From NCBI GenBank assembly GCA_040756055.1, contig JBFLZR010000002.1, positions 86,411 through 150,410 on the forward strand: a DNA stretch of 64,000 bases. Reading direction: 5' to 3'. A program made the position numbers and the translations under genes. Shown here in pieces: positions 47,488-56,478 of this stretch. Position 1 is the first letter of the stretch; each line of letters opens with the position of its first letter. The notes under the pieces are model-generated. The model was not told where the DNA came from. It saw only the letters and a program-made list of their open reading frames with translations, and did no database searches. Origin of the DNA: Candidatus Zixiibacteriota bacterium (GTDB lineage: Bacteria > Zixibacteria > MSB-5A5 > GN15 > FEB-12).

Positions 47488-47667
47488 TCAAACAGAGGTC
47501 GATGTTTTTGATATCGATGTTTTCCCCTTGTCCTCCATTGCCTTAAGGGCGGGACAAGATTTGCATCCGGCCTTGAGCCTTCGACGGCGAACATAGTAAA
47601 TTACAACATACAGTCCGGCCAGGACAATAGCGCCGCCAATGATAACTTGTTGCCAGAGCAAACTCAT
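47488..47667 (-). CDS. FeoB-associated Cys-rich small membrane protein
   Basis: Hidden inside the track ORF 47488..47814. ATG 47667..47665 overlaps the feoB TGA (ATGA). MSLLWQQVIIGGAIVLAGLYVVIYYVRRRRLKAGCKSCPALK has one TM helix followed by a basic and CxxC tail, as found in FeoB-associated Cys-rich peptides. Confidence 0.5.
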   Translation of the reverse strand: MSLLWQQVIIGGAIVLAGLYVVIYYVRRRRLKAGCKSCPALKAMEDKGKTSISKTSTSV

Positions 47668-50081
47668 CACAATCCTAGACCTTTCGTGAGTTGATAAACG
47701 ACAAGCGAAGTGAGATACGCCATGATCGTCATATAAGCGAAAGTGGCAACCGGGTATAAAATATGATTGGCTTCCTGCCGAATTGTCACCAGCGTCGCTC
47801 CGCACTGACAGCACAAAGCAAAAAAGACCATTATCGATAAAGCCACCGGCGGTGAGAAAACAAGTTGGCCTTTTTTGGAACCATCCTCCCAGCGCGCCCT
47901 GCGCATCTTGTTTACCAGCGACGACGACTGCTCACCGATATCGGAACCCAGATTGTACAGGGTCCCGAGTGTGGCAATGATAACCTCGCGCGCCGGAAAT
48001 GCCGCCAGTACCGAAACCGTGATTCGCCAGTCCCACCCCAGAGGCTCGAACAGTGGTTCAATCTTTCGACCGGCAACCCCCAGATAGGATCCCCGAATCT
48101 GCTCCCCCGCCCTCTCGTTGGCAAGCTGCGCCAACCGCGCCTCGTGCTCTATCTGCATCATTCTTCGCGCGTAAACTGCCTCTACCAGTTCGCTTGCCCC
48201 GGAGTACTCAACTGCCAGACTCTCGCGGGCGGCATCAAGAGCCATCAAATCCGACGCCCCAGACAGCCTGCCATCGACTTCGGATACCACCTGTGGTTCG
48301 ACTGTAGCCTCCGCCTTTAACGCCGTCAGCTCAGCGTCAGCGACCGCCGCCTGGACTCCATACGACTCGACAAGTGCCGCGCGCCGTTCATTGTAGTTCT
48401 CCCTCGCGTCGCCCGAACGGGGATAATAGCTCAGCGCCCAGATAATGACTGTTATAGCCAGGATTATCGTTCCCGCCCTGACCAAAAACGATCTGACCCT
48501 TGTGACCACCCGAATTCCTATCGATCGGACGGTGGGTATTTTGTATGACGGCATCTCCATCATGAATGTCCCGCGCTCGGTTTTGAAAATCAGCTTCTTC
48601 ATGACGTATGAAACGGCGACCGCGGCGGCTATTCCCAGTAGATACAACATGGTCAGCACCAAGCCCTGAAGATTGAGTATACCCAGGTAAGTTTTGTAAG
48701 GGATGAAGGCGGCGATCATGATAGCATAAACAGGCAAACGCGCCGAACAGGTCATCAGTGGCGCCACCATGATAGTGATAAGACGAAGCTTGCGATCCTC
48801 TATGGTACGGGTCGCCATAATGCCGGGTATGGCGCACGCGAACGACGACAGCATCGGTATAAACGACTTGCCCGATAACCCGCACCATCGAAACATCCGG
48901 TCCACCAGAAAAGCCGCTCTTGGCATGTAACCGGAATCCTCAAGCAGAGCTATGAAAATGAACAATATGGCTATCTGTGGAATAAACACCAGCACCGAAC
49001 CCACTCCGCCAATAATACCGTCGGTGATAAGCGAACGAAGCGGACCATCGACCATATTCCCCCGGACAACAGAAGCCAACGACGCAAATACAGAATCAAT
49101 CATTTCCATAAACGGAGCCGCCCAACTGAAAATAGACTGAAAGACCAAAACCATTATGGCCACGAGGAGAACCGGCCCGAGCACCGGGTGCAGCAGATAC
49201 TTGTCCAGCTTCTCGGAGGTGGTTTCCGGCTGACGGTCGATATCTCTCACCACCTGACGGTACACTTCTTCCGCCCGATCAGTCAGCGCGCGGGTTTCAC
49301 CTGCCGCCAGCGAGCCGTATTTATCTCTTATCCGCTTGCGAATCTCACTCACAACAACCAGACCCTGCTCGCCCTCCTCAGCCAGGAAAAGCTTCTCCGC
49401 CGGCCCCTCTTCATCAAAAATAATCCTGAGATACTGGGCACGGGTGCGCGCAGTATTGCCACAACGCTGGACAAGTTGCCCGAGAGCCTCTTCCGTTGAA
49501 TCGTCAAGTCGAACCGCTCCAACGCCGACAGGCGCGGCAATGGCTCTTATGGCTGCCTGTTTGAGCCTTTCTATCCCTTTGCGGAGGTTACCGACAACCG
49601 GCACCACCGGAATTCCCCCAAGCACTCTGGATAGTCTATTCGTGTTTATTCGCAGCCTTTTCTTGTGAGCTAGATCGACCATATTGAGAGCCACGACCAC
49701 CGGACAACCAATCTGCACAATCTGAAACAGCAGATACAAGCTACGCTCCAACCGGGTAGCATCAAGAACACAAATCACGGCATCCGGTCGCGCCTCTCCC
49801 TTAACCTCACCGAAAAGAACCGAAGCCGCGATATACTCATCCGGGGTAAAAGCTGAAAGAGAATAAGAACCGGGAATGTCTATCAGTGTGTATTCGCCGG
49901 AGGAATCCTCGCCGGAAACGAACCGCCCGGAAACCTTCTCCACCGTCACGCCGGGATAATTAGCCACTTGCTGATTAAGCCCGGTTATGGCGTTGAAAAT
50001 GGTCGTCTTGCCACTGTTGGGATTACCACAAATAGCGATGACGCCTGTGCTGACCGGCGCCTGCTCCGACGTTGCCCTCAT
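47667..50081 (-). CDS. feoB: ferrous iron transporter FeoB
   Basis: Track ORF of 804 aa. N-terminal G-domain (GNPNSGKTT, DIPG, NMVD), GDI region and polytopic permease domain. Confidence 0.9.
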   Translation of the reverse strand: MRATSEQAPVSTGVIAICGNPNSGKTTIFNAITGLNQQVANYPGVTVEKVSGRFVSGEDSSGEYTLIDIPGSYSLSAFTPDEYIAASVLFGEVKGEARPDAVICVLDATRLERSLYLLFQIVQIGCPVVVALNMVDLAHKKRLRINTNRLSRVLGGIPVVPVVGNLRKGIERLKQAAIRAIAAPVGVGAVRLDDSTEEALGQLVQRCGNTARTRAQYLRIIFDEEGPAEKLFLAEEGEQGLVVVSEIRKRIRDKYGSLAAGETRALTDRAEEVYRQVVRDIDRQPETTSEKLDKYLLHPVLGPVLLVAIMVLVFQSIFSWAAPFMEMIDSVFASLASVVRGNMVDGPLRSLITDGIIGGVGSVLVFIPQIAILFIFIALLEDSGYMPRAAFLVDRMFRWCGLSGKSFIPMLSSFACAIPGIMATRTIEDRKLRLITIMVAPLMTCSARLPVYAIMIAAFIPYKTYLGILNLQGLVLTMLYLLGIAAAVAVSYVMKKLIFKTERGTFMMEMPSYKIPTVRSIGIRVVTRVRSFLVRAGTIILAITVIIWALSYYPRSGDARENYNERRAALVESYGVQAAVADAELTALKAEATVEPQVVSEVDGRLSGASDLMALDAARESLAVEYSGASELVEAVYARRMMQIEHEARLAQLANERAGEQIRGSYLGVAGRKIEPLFEPLGWDWRITVSVLAAFPAREVIIATLGTLYNLGSDIGEQSSSLVNKMRRARWEDGSKKGQLVFSPPVALSIMVFFALCCQCGATLVTIRQEANHILYPVATFAYMTIMAYLTSLVVYQLTKGLGL

Positions 50082-50097
50082 AAGAACCTTCGCGATG

Positions 50098-50328
50098 TCA
50101 TTGGTCCAACTTGACAGAAATAATGGCCGCTTCCGAATGCCGGAGCGTCAAACAACAAGGACCGATCTGAACCTCCATCGGATCACGAAGAGGAGCGTTT
50201 CTCAAATAAACAACAGTGCGGCCGGGAACAACCCCCAACTCTAGAAGCCGCCTTGATATCCGGGAGTCGACCGTAAAGCCGACTACAATCCCTTTCTGAC
50301 CCGGAAGCATTTCACTCAACGGTGTCAC
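50098..50328 (-). CDS. feoA: ferrous iron transport protein FeoA
   Basis: Track ORF of 76 aa. SH3-like FeoA motif (LSEMLPGQKGIVVGF...RRLLELGVVPG). Confidence 0.8.
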   Translation of the reverse strand: MTPLSEMLPGQKGIVVGFTVDSRISRRLLELGVVPGRTVVYLRNAPLRDPMEVQIGPCCLTLRHSEAAIISVKLDQ

Positions 50329-50375
50329 ATCTCGTTCCTTCTATCGATATCCCTTTTCCGTCACCGGGGCTCGGA

Positions 50376-50825
50376 TTACTCCTCGTGAACATGCTCCACA
50401 GGAGCGGTCTTCCCGGCAGCAGTTCTACGACAATTCTCACACAGCCCCTGAACCTCGATCTTGAAACTCTCCGGTACAAACCCTCTGGTGCCGGCCGACT
50501 GCGCCAGCAGGCCGACAAGCTGCTCGACATTTATTTCCGTCACGCCCCTGCAGCCCGTACAAAAAAGATGACCGTGAGGTACCTTCGTAACTCTATCGTA
50601 ACGGGTAATGCCATCACCGATATTTACCTGCTCGGCCAACCCCACCCTGCAGATCAGCTTGAGATTTCTCCAAACCGTGGCATAGCCGATAGACTTGTCC
50701 TCCATGCGCACCCGGTCGTAAAGCTCGTCAACCGACACATGCTCACCCAGTTCAAAGAAAGAGCGAAATATAAGCTCCCTCTGCGGAGTCATCTTGAAAC
50801 CTTTTGTTCTTAAAAACTCTTTCAT
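50376..50825 (-). CDS. fur: Fur-family transcriptional repressor
   Basis: Track ORF of 149 aa. TPQRELIF winged helix, HHH/CxxC metal sites (HGHLFCTGC...CENC). Confidence 0.85.
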   Translation of the reverse strand: MKEFLRTKGFKMTPQRELIFRSFFELGEHVSVDELYDRVRMEDKSIGYATVWRNLKLICRVGLAEQVNIGDGITRYDRVTKVPHGHLFCTGCRGVTEINVEQLVGLLAQSAGTRGFVPESFKIEVQGLCENCRRTAAGKTAPVEHVHEE

Positions 50826-50846
50826 CCAACACCTACCTCAGGCTAA

Positions 50847-50869
50847 ATGAAAACGATTTTCAATTTCAT
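50847..50869. promoter_or_regulatory. Fur-box-like AT-rich inverted repeat in the fur promoter region
   Basis: atGAAAAcgaTTTTCaatttcat: GAAAA-N3-TTTTC dyad, 22 to 44 nt upstream of the fur start codon. Confidence 0.4.
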
Positions 50870-51061
50870 AAATACACTATAATTTTCGGAAAGTCAAGCG
50901 ATTTCTTTAGCCGAGAGCAGGTCTATTTTACAGACCTAAGTCGCTGTGCAGCAATATAAAATGCTGGCTGCTCTGGAGAATATGCAGGTAATACGAGATG
51001 AGAGCAATTTTCACTGTGGATATCGCCGCGATTCGATCTGAGAGATTGGGTAAGGCAGACT

Positions 51062-53968
51062 TTACTTAATCAGGACCATTTTCCTGGTATCTGTGGCCGA
51101 GTGACTCTCAAGGCGATAAAAATATACCCCGCTGGCTACACGATGTCCATATTCATCAGTGCCATCCCATTCGAATTGATGGAGTCCGGCCGTAAGGTGC
51201 CCGCTGTGAAGGCTGCGGACTTTCTGTCCGATGACGTTGAAAATCTCCAGACTGGTCTCCCCCGCTTCGGAAAGCGAGAAGGCGATTCTCGTGGTGGGAT
51301 TGAAGGGGTTGGGGTAATTCTGGTAGAGCTTCATCGATCTCGGCAGCGAACTGTCATCTCCAGCGAGGCTGCTCGATAGCTCATAAATGCTCTGAGCCCG
51401 GCGAACGTTTTCGTACAGCTGTATCATGCTATGCCCGCTCACCAGCGCCACCACGACATTGATGGACTTCTGCTGATCGATGATGAATGGCCCCGATGAG
51501 CTCGCGAACATCATGTCGCCGCCGGCGCTGGCAGAAGACATCGAAGTCGTCGCCGAAATCAGATCATACAACTGCGTGGCGTCAAAACCGGTCTTGGTTT
51601 CACCGTTCATCAGCGCCTGAAATCCGAGCACGTTTTCAAGAGCCAACAACGCCACATACAGATCATCTTCACTCTTCTGATAAATCATGTTGATTGATTC
51701 ATCGACACCAATTTCGTCGCTTTCCGAAAGGTCGAAGTCCATCATGAACCCGAAATGCAGATTCGTCAGTCTCTCGAGCGATTTGTTGGTCAGAGTGTAC
51801 TTTAGAATTAGAAGTTCCTGATCGTCAAGGTTGTCAAAGGATATTGTCTCCTGCGTGATATTGACCGGCACAGTCGAGTGCCCGTCGGTAAAAACCGCCC
51901 GCCGGTGAGTTCCGCCATCCTCGCCAATCCACGCCTCAGACAACGAGACTATCGGGGTGAAATCCGACGGCTCGAAGAGGCCGGCTTCATTTCTTACCGA
52001 GTTGGCCATCTGGGAATCACTGCTGCCGATAACCAGTCCGGCTTCATACAGAAGGTTGTCCGAACCATCATAACAGAAACCATCCCCCAGAGCGTTGTAA
52101 GCCGAACCGGGAGCGAAACCGAACTGCCCGAAGTCGGAAACGGATATTTTCATCTTGTTGTTTTGATGACTCGCGATTACTCCCTTGGGCGACAGCCCAA
52201 CCGTGATCTGGAAGGGTATGGTATCAAAAATTTCCTGGCCGTCTGTCGATATCAGCAGACTGAAATCCACCTGCTGGCCATGATAAAGACTCGAGTCAAA
52301 AGTCATCACAAACGGCGGGGCACTGATAGCGATTGTCCCGCCCGTACCGAAATAGAAGTAGCTGGACTCAACATCAAGCGTCACTCCGGATACGCTTTCA
52401 GTCCCGATGGTACCGGCAAGTCCGTCTATATTGCCGGCACTGTTCGTCAACGTCAATTGGAGCTCGAAAGTTTCGCCCGGGAAAGCCAGTCCATCGCCCG
52501 AAATCACCAACGAGGCGATCTCAAGTTCGTCAGTCGACGGTAATGGAATGTAATCGAGAATCCGGGACGCGTTGACGAACCCGTGACCGTAAGCATTATC
52601 CTGCCCAACCACCCCGAGGTCTTCAGCGGCACTGAGAAATGCATACTTGATCTGCTCGACAGTCGCTTCAGGATTATACTCGCGTACCAGCGCAACCATG
52701 CCAGCAAGGTATGGAGCTGCCATCGACGTACCGGTCATCAGGGCGTATCCTCCGCCCTTATATGATGATCTTATATCCACGCCCGGCGCGACCACTTCCG
52801 GCTTCACCTGTGTGGTGTCACACGACGAGGGACCGCGACTGGAAAATGACGTAATCATCTTCGCGTTGTCCACGGCTCCAACGGCGAAAGAATTGACAGG
52901 CGTCGAGGCACGGTCAGCTGGATTTCTTAAAGTCCTCGGCTCGGGGCCTTCGTTACCGGCGGCGAAAATCGTCACAATACCCGCGGCCTCAACGTTATCG
53001 ATGGCGCCCCAGAAAGTATCGTCACACGGTATGAAAAGTCCCCTGGGGATCCCCCAACTGTTAAGGATAACATCCGGTATGTCGTCGGTAGTGCTGAAAT
53101 CCCCATCAGGATTGAGCGACCATTGGAAAGCGCCCAGAATGTCGCTGATCGTCATGCTCAGCGTCCGTCCCTGGTCAACCACCGCGGCCGTAATCCACTC
53201 GGCGGATGGAGCGACGCCAAAGGTGTCTGCTTCAGTACTGCCAACCATAATCCCCATAGTGTGCGTACCATGCCCCACCAGGTCATAAGGGAGCGTGTCC
53301 GGCGCTACCGTCGAATACCAGGCCGACTCCAGCGAACTGCGGTTGCCGCGCCACTTGGACGCCAAAGCCGGATGACTCTGCTCTACACCGGTATCAAACG
53401 AACAGACCAACGCGCCCTTGCCTCTCAAACCTCGCTTCCAGAGTTCGGGAACTCCCAGAATTTCCAACTGGGTCGAAACTGACGTCGTCAGCGTCGAAAC
53501 ATCCAACGTGGTCTTAACCGGAGATTCGAAAACAAGGTCGACATTCTCAACCACCAGCTTGATACCGTCGATATCAGCCAGACCCGCCAGCCGGCTCACC
53601 GGCACGGAAACAGTGATCGCGGGAACTATCCAGTGCTCCTTGACAACAGCACCTTCCTGATCCATGACATAGTCGAGCACCTGCTCTTTGTAAGGGGAAC
53701 GATATGACTTAAGTCTGTCAATAACCTGCCAGGCTCTCTCACTTCGAGACAAACCGGCAGCCTGCGATACCTTGTAGACCGCTTCCTTTGGCTCATAATC
53801 ATCAAGGAAAACCACAACTTCGACAAGTGTATCAGCGGTCGAATAGGCGCTTACTGAAGCAAACGCTTTGGCCAGCCCCGGGGTAAGCTCACCACCGGAC
53901 GCCGAACAAGCCAGCACTATCCAAGTACCTGCCGCAATAACTGTCTTTTTGATAAATCGCCCTGTCAT
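51062..53968 (-). CDS. subtilisin-like (S8) serine protease with T9SS C-terminal sorting domain
   Basis: Track ORF of 968 aa. Signal peptide. D/H/S triad motifs (CSFDTGVEQSHP, HGTHTMGIMVG, GTSMAAPYLAG). C-terminal YQNYPNPFNPTTRIAFSL...GVYFYRLE T9SS CTD. Confidence 0.85.
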   Translation of the reverse strand: MTGRFIKKTVIAAGTWIVLACSASGGELTPGLAKAFASVSAYSTADTLVEVVVFLDDYEPKEAVYKVSQAAGLSRSERAWQVIDRLKSYRSPYKEQVLDYVMDQEGAVVKEHWIVPAITVSVPVSRLAGLADIDGIKLVVENVDLVFESPVKTTLDVSTLTTSVSTQLEILGVPELWKRGLRGKGALVCSFDTGVEQSHPALASKWRGNRSSLESAWYSTVAPDTLPYDLVGHGTHTMGIMVGSTEADTFGVAPSAEWITAAVVDQGRTLSMTISDILGAFQWSLNPDGDFSTTDDIPDVILNSWGIPRGLFIPCDDTFWGAIDNVEAAGIVTIFAAGNEGPEPRTLRNPADRASTPVNSFAVGAVDNAKMITSFSSRGPSSCDTTQVKPEVVAPGVDIRSSYKGGGYALMTGTSMAAPYLAGMVALVREYNPEATVEQIKYAFLSAAEDLGVVGQDNAYGHGFVNASRILDYIPLPSTDELEIASLVISGDGLAFPGETFELQLTLTNSAGNIDGLAGTIGTESVSGVTLDVESSYFYFGTGGTIAISAPPFVMTFDSSLYHGQQVDFSLLISTDGQEIFDTIPFQITVGLSPKGVIASHQNNKMKISVSDFGQFGFAPGSAYNALGDGFCYDGSDNLLYEAGLVIGSSDSQMANSVRNEAGLFEPSDFTPIVSLSEAWIGEDGGTHRRAVFTDGHSTVPVNITQETISFDNLDDQELLILKYTLTNKSLERLTNLHFGFMMDFDLSESDEIGVDESINMIYQKSEDDLYVALLALENVLGFQALMNGETKTGFDATQLYDLISATTSMSSASAGGDMMFASSSGPFIIDQQKSINVVVALVSGHSMIQLYENVRRAQSIYELSSSLAGDDSSLPRSMKLYQNYPNPFNPTTRIAFSLSEAGETSLEIFNVIGQKVRSLHSGHLTAGLHQFEWDGTDEYGHRVASGVYFYRLESHSATDTRKMVLIK

Positions 53969-54240
53969 AGTCGCTCCTACAGCTGAACCTCCACACCCTT
54001 TTGAGCAACCGCTATGCCCTCATATTTTTGTCCTGTTTTTCACACCGCAAAAGGCCAGTCGCTTCCCTAAGACGCTATATATCAATAAAATACGGCGCGA
54101 ACGGTGAGTGGGTATATTTTTCCGTGGGTAGGCAGTCAGTTGCAGGGTGTGCAACCGCAAGCAACTAATCTGATTTTCGGATTAACTCGAAGAGAAAATA
54201 AAAGAAGCCGACCGGCCGCTGATTTCCTATATTCTTAGCG

Positions 54241-56424
54241 ATGATCAAGAGGATGAAAAACCGTCTCGATATCTCCGCCGGTCTGATTGCGGTCATCATC
54301 ATAGCCACCATCCTGAGACTAATTTACTTAGAGGCTTATCACGATCTTCCTCTGTGGGATCAATTGACGGTCGACAACTATTATCACCACAATTGGGCGC
54401 TCTCCATCGCAAACGGCAACCTGCTCGGTGACACCACATATTTCCGGGCTCCCTTTTATGTCTTCTGTCTGGCGGCGTTATACAGCGTGCTGGGGGCATC
54501 TCTGTGGGTGGCGCGCATATTCGGGCTGGTGATAGGGCTGACATCAATACTGATGACTTACAAGATAGGCCGGCGCGTCTTTGGTCACAAAGTCGGACTC
54601 TTAGCCGCCACAATTCACGCGCTCTATCCGGTCACGCTATATTTCGAGTTCGAGTTGCTGCTCGACCCACTTTTTACGCTGTTGTTTCAAATCGCTATAT
54701 ACCGGGCGCTGATCTGGTGGGAATCCCAACGGACATTAGATATGTTTTATTGCGGGCTCTGGCTCGGTTTGGCGGCCATAACTCGACCAACCGCGATGAT
54801 TCTCGTTCCCATTGTCTTCATTGTTATCGCGTCAATACGCAAATGGACACTTCCGACCATCAAACACTGCGTAGCCTTTGTTCTGGGCATCATTCTCATT
54901 GTTCTGCCGATTACCGTCCGGAACATCGTCGTGGCCGACGACCCGGTCCTTATCGCCTCTCAGGGGGGGATCAATTTCTATATTGGAAACAACGAAGCGG
55001 CCGATGGCATCTCCGCAGCAATGCCGGAGCCACTCGGCTTCAACTGGCGAATACAACAGATAACTTTCATTGCCGAAAGAGACCTGGGAAAGAAACTAAG
55101 TCCCGGCGAGGTGTCAACCTACTGGTTTAACAAGGCGCTTCAATGGATTCAGCAAAATCCGGCGAGCTTCATAAGCCTGTATCTTGAGAAGCTCTATCGA
55201 CACGTTTCGAATCGTGAAATCTCTAACAACCGCAATCTGGATCACTTCTTCGACCAGGTATTAATTCTAAAAAGCAACCCCCTCTCCTTTGGGATCCTCT
55301 TTGCTCTCTCAGTTGTCGGCGTTTTTTTGGTGTGGGGACGTAACAACCGGGCGCTGCTGCTTTACACCATCATCATCTGCTACATGCTGGTCTCTGCCCT
55401 GTTCTTCTTCAACAGCCGTTTTCGTCTGCCTCTTCTCCCCATATTCTTCGTGCTCTCCTCATATTCTCTCTATTGGCTGTCGCAGCGGCTCACCAAGCAT
55501 CCCAAACAGGTCCTGCTTCCCCTGGCGGCGGCCGTTCTTTTTGGCCTCTTCTCGTTTCACATGATAGTGAAATTGCCCGAAGGCGCCCCTTCGCAATATC
55601 TTACGTCTCAAGGACTCTATTACCTGAACAACGGTGAATACCGGAAAGCCCTGCAAACATTTCAGATAGCCCGGGCCATTGACCCGACTTTTCCTGAAAC
55701 AAACCTTAACATCGGCGCTGCCTTTGTCCGGCTGGGAAAACTCGATTCGGCTTTGTACTACTTTGACCGGGAACACGAATTTAATCCTCTCAGGCCCAAA
55801 ACATATACCAATATCGCTTCAGTCCACCTGCTGAGGAATCAGCCTCGAATGGCTCTACAGGAAGTGGAGAAGACCCTGCAGGCAATGCCTTACGACATAA
55901 CCGCAAACCTTGTCTTTCTGCGGGCCATTTTTGCCGACTCGCAACTCACAATCGAGAATTTCACCGATTCGGCCCTCGCGGCTATCGACAGAACCAACGG
56001 TCACATTCTCGTGCTTAATGACGCCGGAGCAATGTTGACTTCCGGGGGAGATCTACGAACGGCAGCCACCATACTTCAGGCGGCCCTGGAGTCTCCTCCG
56101 CCGCCAATTGAGACGGACGACGGCGCCTTTGAAAGAAACTCTCCTAACAGTCCCGCCAACAGGGAGAAAACAAAGGCCGTGACCTGTTATCAGCTCGGCT
56201 ATATCAGCGGTATGCAGGGAGCTTTTACGGACGCAGTCCGCTTCAGTAAGATGGCGATAGAACGCGACTCCACTATGTCCGAAGCATACGTGAATCTCAT
56301 CAGCGGATACCTGTCCACCGGCCGCGTCGACGACGCCCGGAGAGTCCTGAACATTGCTCTCACAAAATTCCCCGGCAACGATTACCTTAGACGGTTCGAG
56401 AACTTGCAAACATTTGGCAACTAA
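54241..56424 (+). CDS. PMT/ArnT-type (GT39/GT83-like) membrane glycosyltransferase fused to C-terminal TPR repeats
   Basis: Track ORF of 727 aa. About 11 TM helices with an N-terminal DxD-like loop (YHDLPLWDQLTVDNYYHH), then TPR repeats (YYLNNGEYRKALQTFQIARAIDP...). Confidence 0.75.
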   Translation: MIKRMKNRLDISAGLIAVIIIATILRLIYLEAYHDLPLWDQLTVDNYYHHNWALSIANGNLLGDTTYFRAPFYVFCLAALYSVLGASLWVARIFGLVIGLTSILMTYKIGRRVFGHKVGLLAATIHALYPVTLYFEFELLLDPLFTLLFQIAIYRALIWWESQRTLDMFYCGLWLGLAAITRPTAMILVPIVFIVIASIRKWTLPTIKHCVAFVLGIILIVLPITVRNIVVADDPVLIASQGGINFYIGNNEAADGISAAMPEPLGFNWRIQQITFIAERDLGKKLSPGEVSTYWFNKALQWIQQNPASFISLYLEKLYRHVSNREISNNRNLDHFFDQVLILKSNPLSFGILFALSVVGVFLVWGRNNRALLLYTIIICYMLVSALFFFNSRFRLPLLPIFFVLSSYSLYWLSQRLTKHPKQVLLPLAAAVLFGLFSFHMIVKLPEGAPSQYLTSQGLYYLNNGEYRKALQTFQIARAIDPTFPETNLNIGAAFVRLGKLDSALYYFDREHEFNPLRPKTYTNIASVHLLRNQPRMALQEVEKTLQAMPYDITANLVFLRAIFADSQLTIENFTDSALAAIDRTNGHILVLNDAGAMLTSGGDLRTAATILQAALESPPPPIETDDGAFERNSPNSPANREKTKAVTCYQLGYISGMQGAFTDAVRFSKMAIERDSTMSEAYVNLISGYLSTGRVDDARRVLNIALTKFPGNDYLRRFENLQTFGN

Positions 56425-56449
56425 AAAGGGCCGAATCACTTCGGCCCTT
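56423..56449. terminator. terminator hairpin (GGGCCGAA-tcac-TTCGGCCC) flanked by an A-run and a weak T-run
   Basis: Immediately after the stop at 56424 and 30 nt before the end of the minus-strand gene at 56479. Confidence 0.5.
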
Positions 56450-56478
56450 CAAGCATGCTTAACCATCTATAAGCAAAA

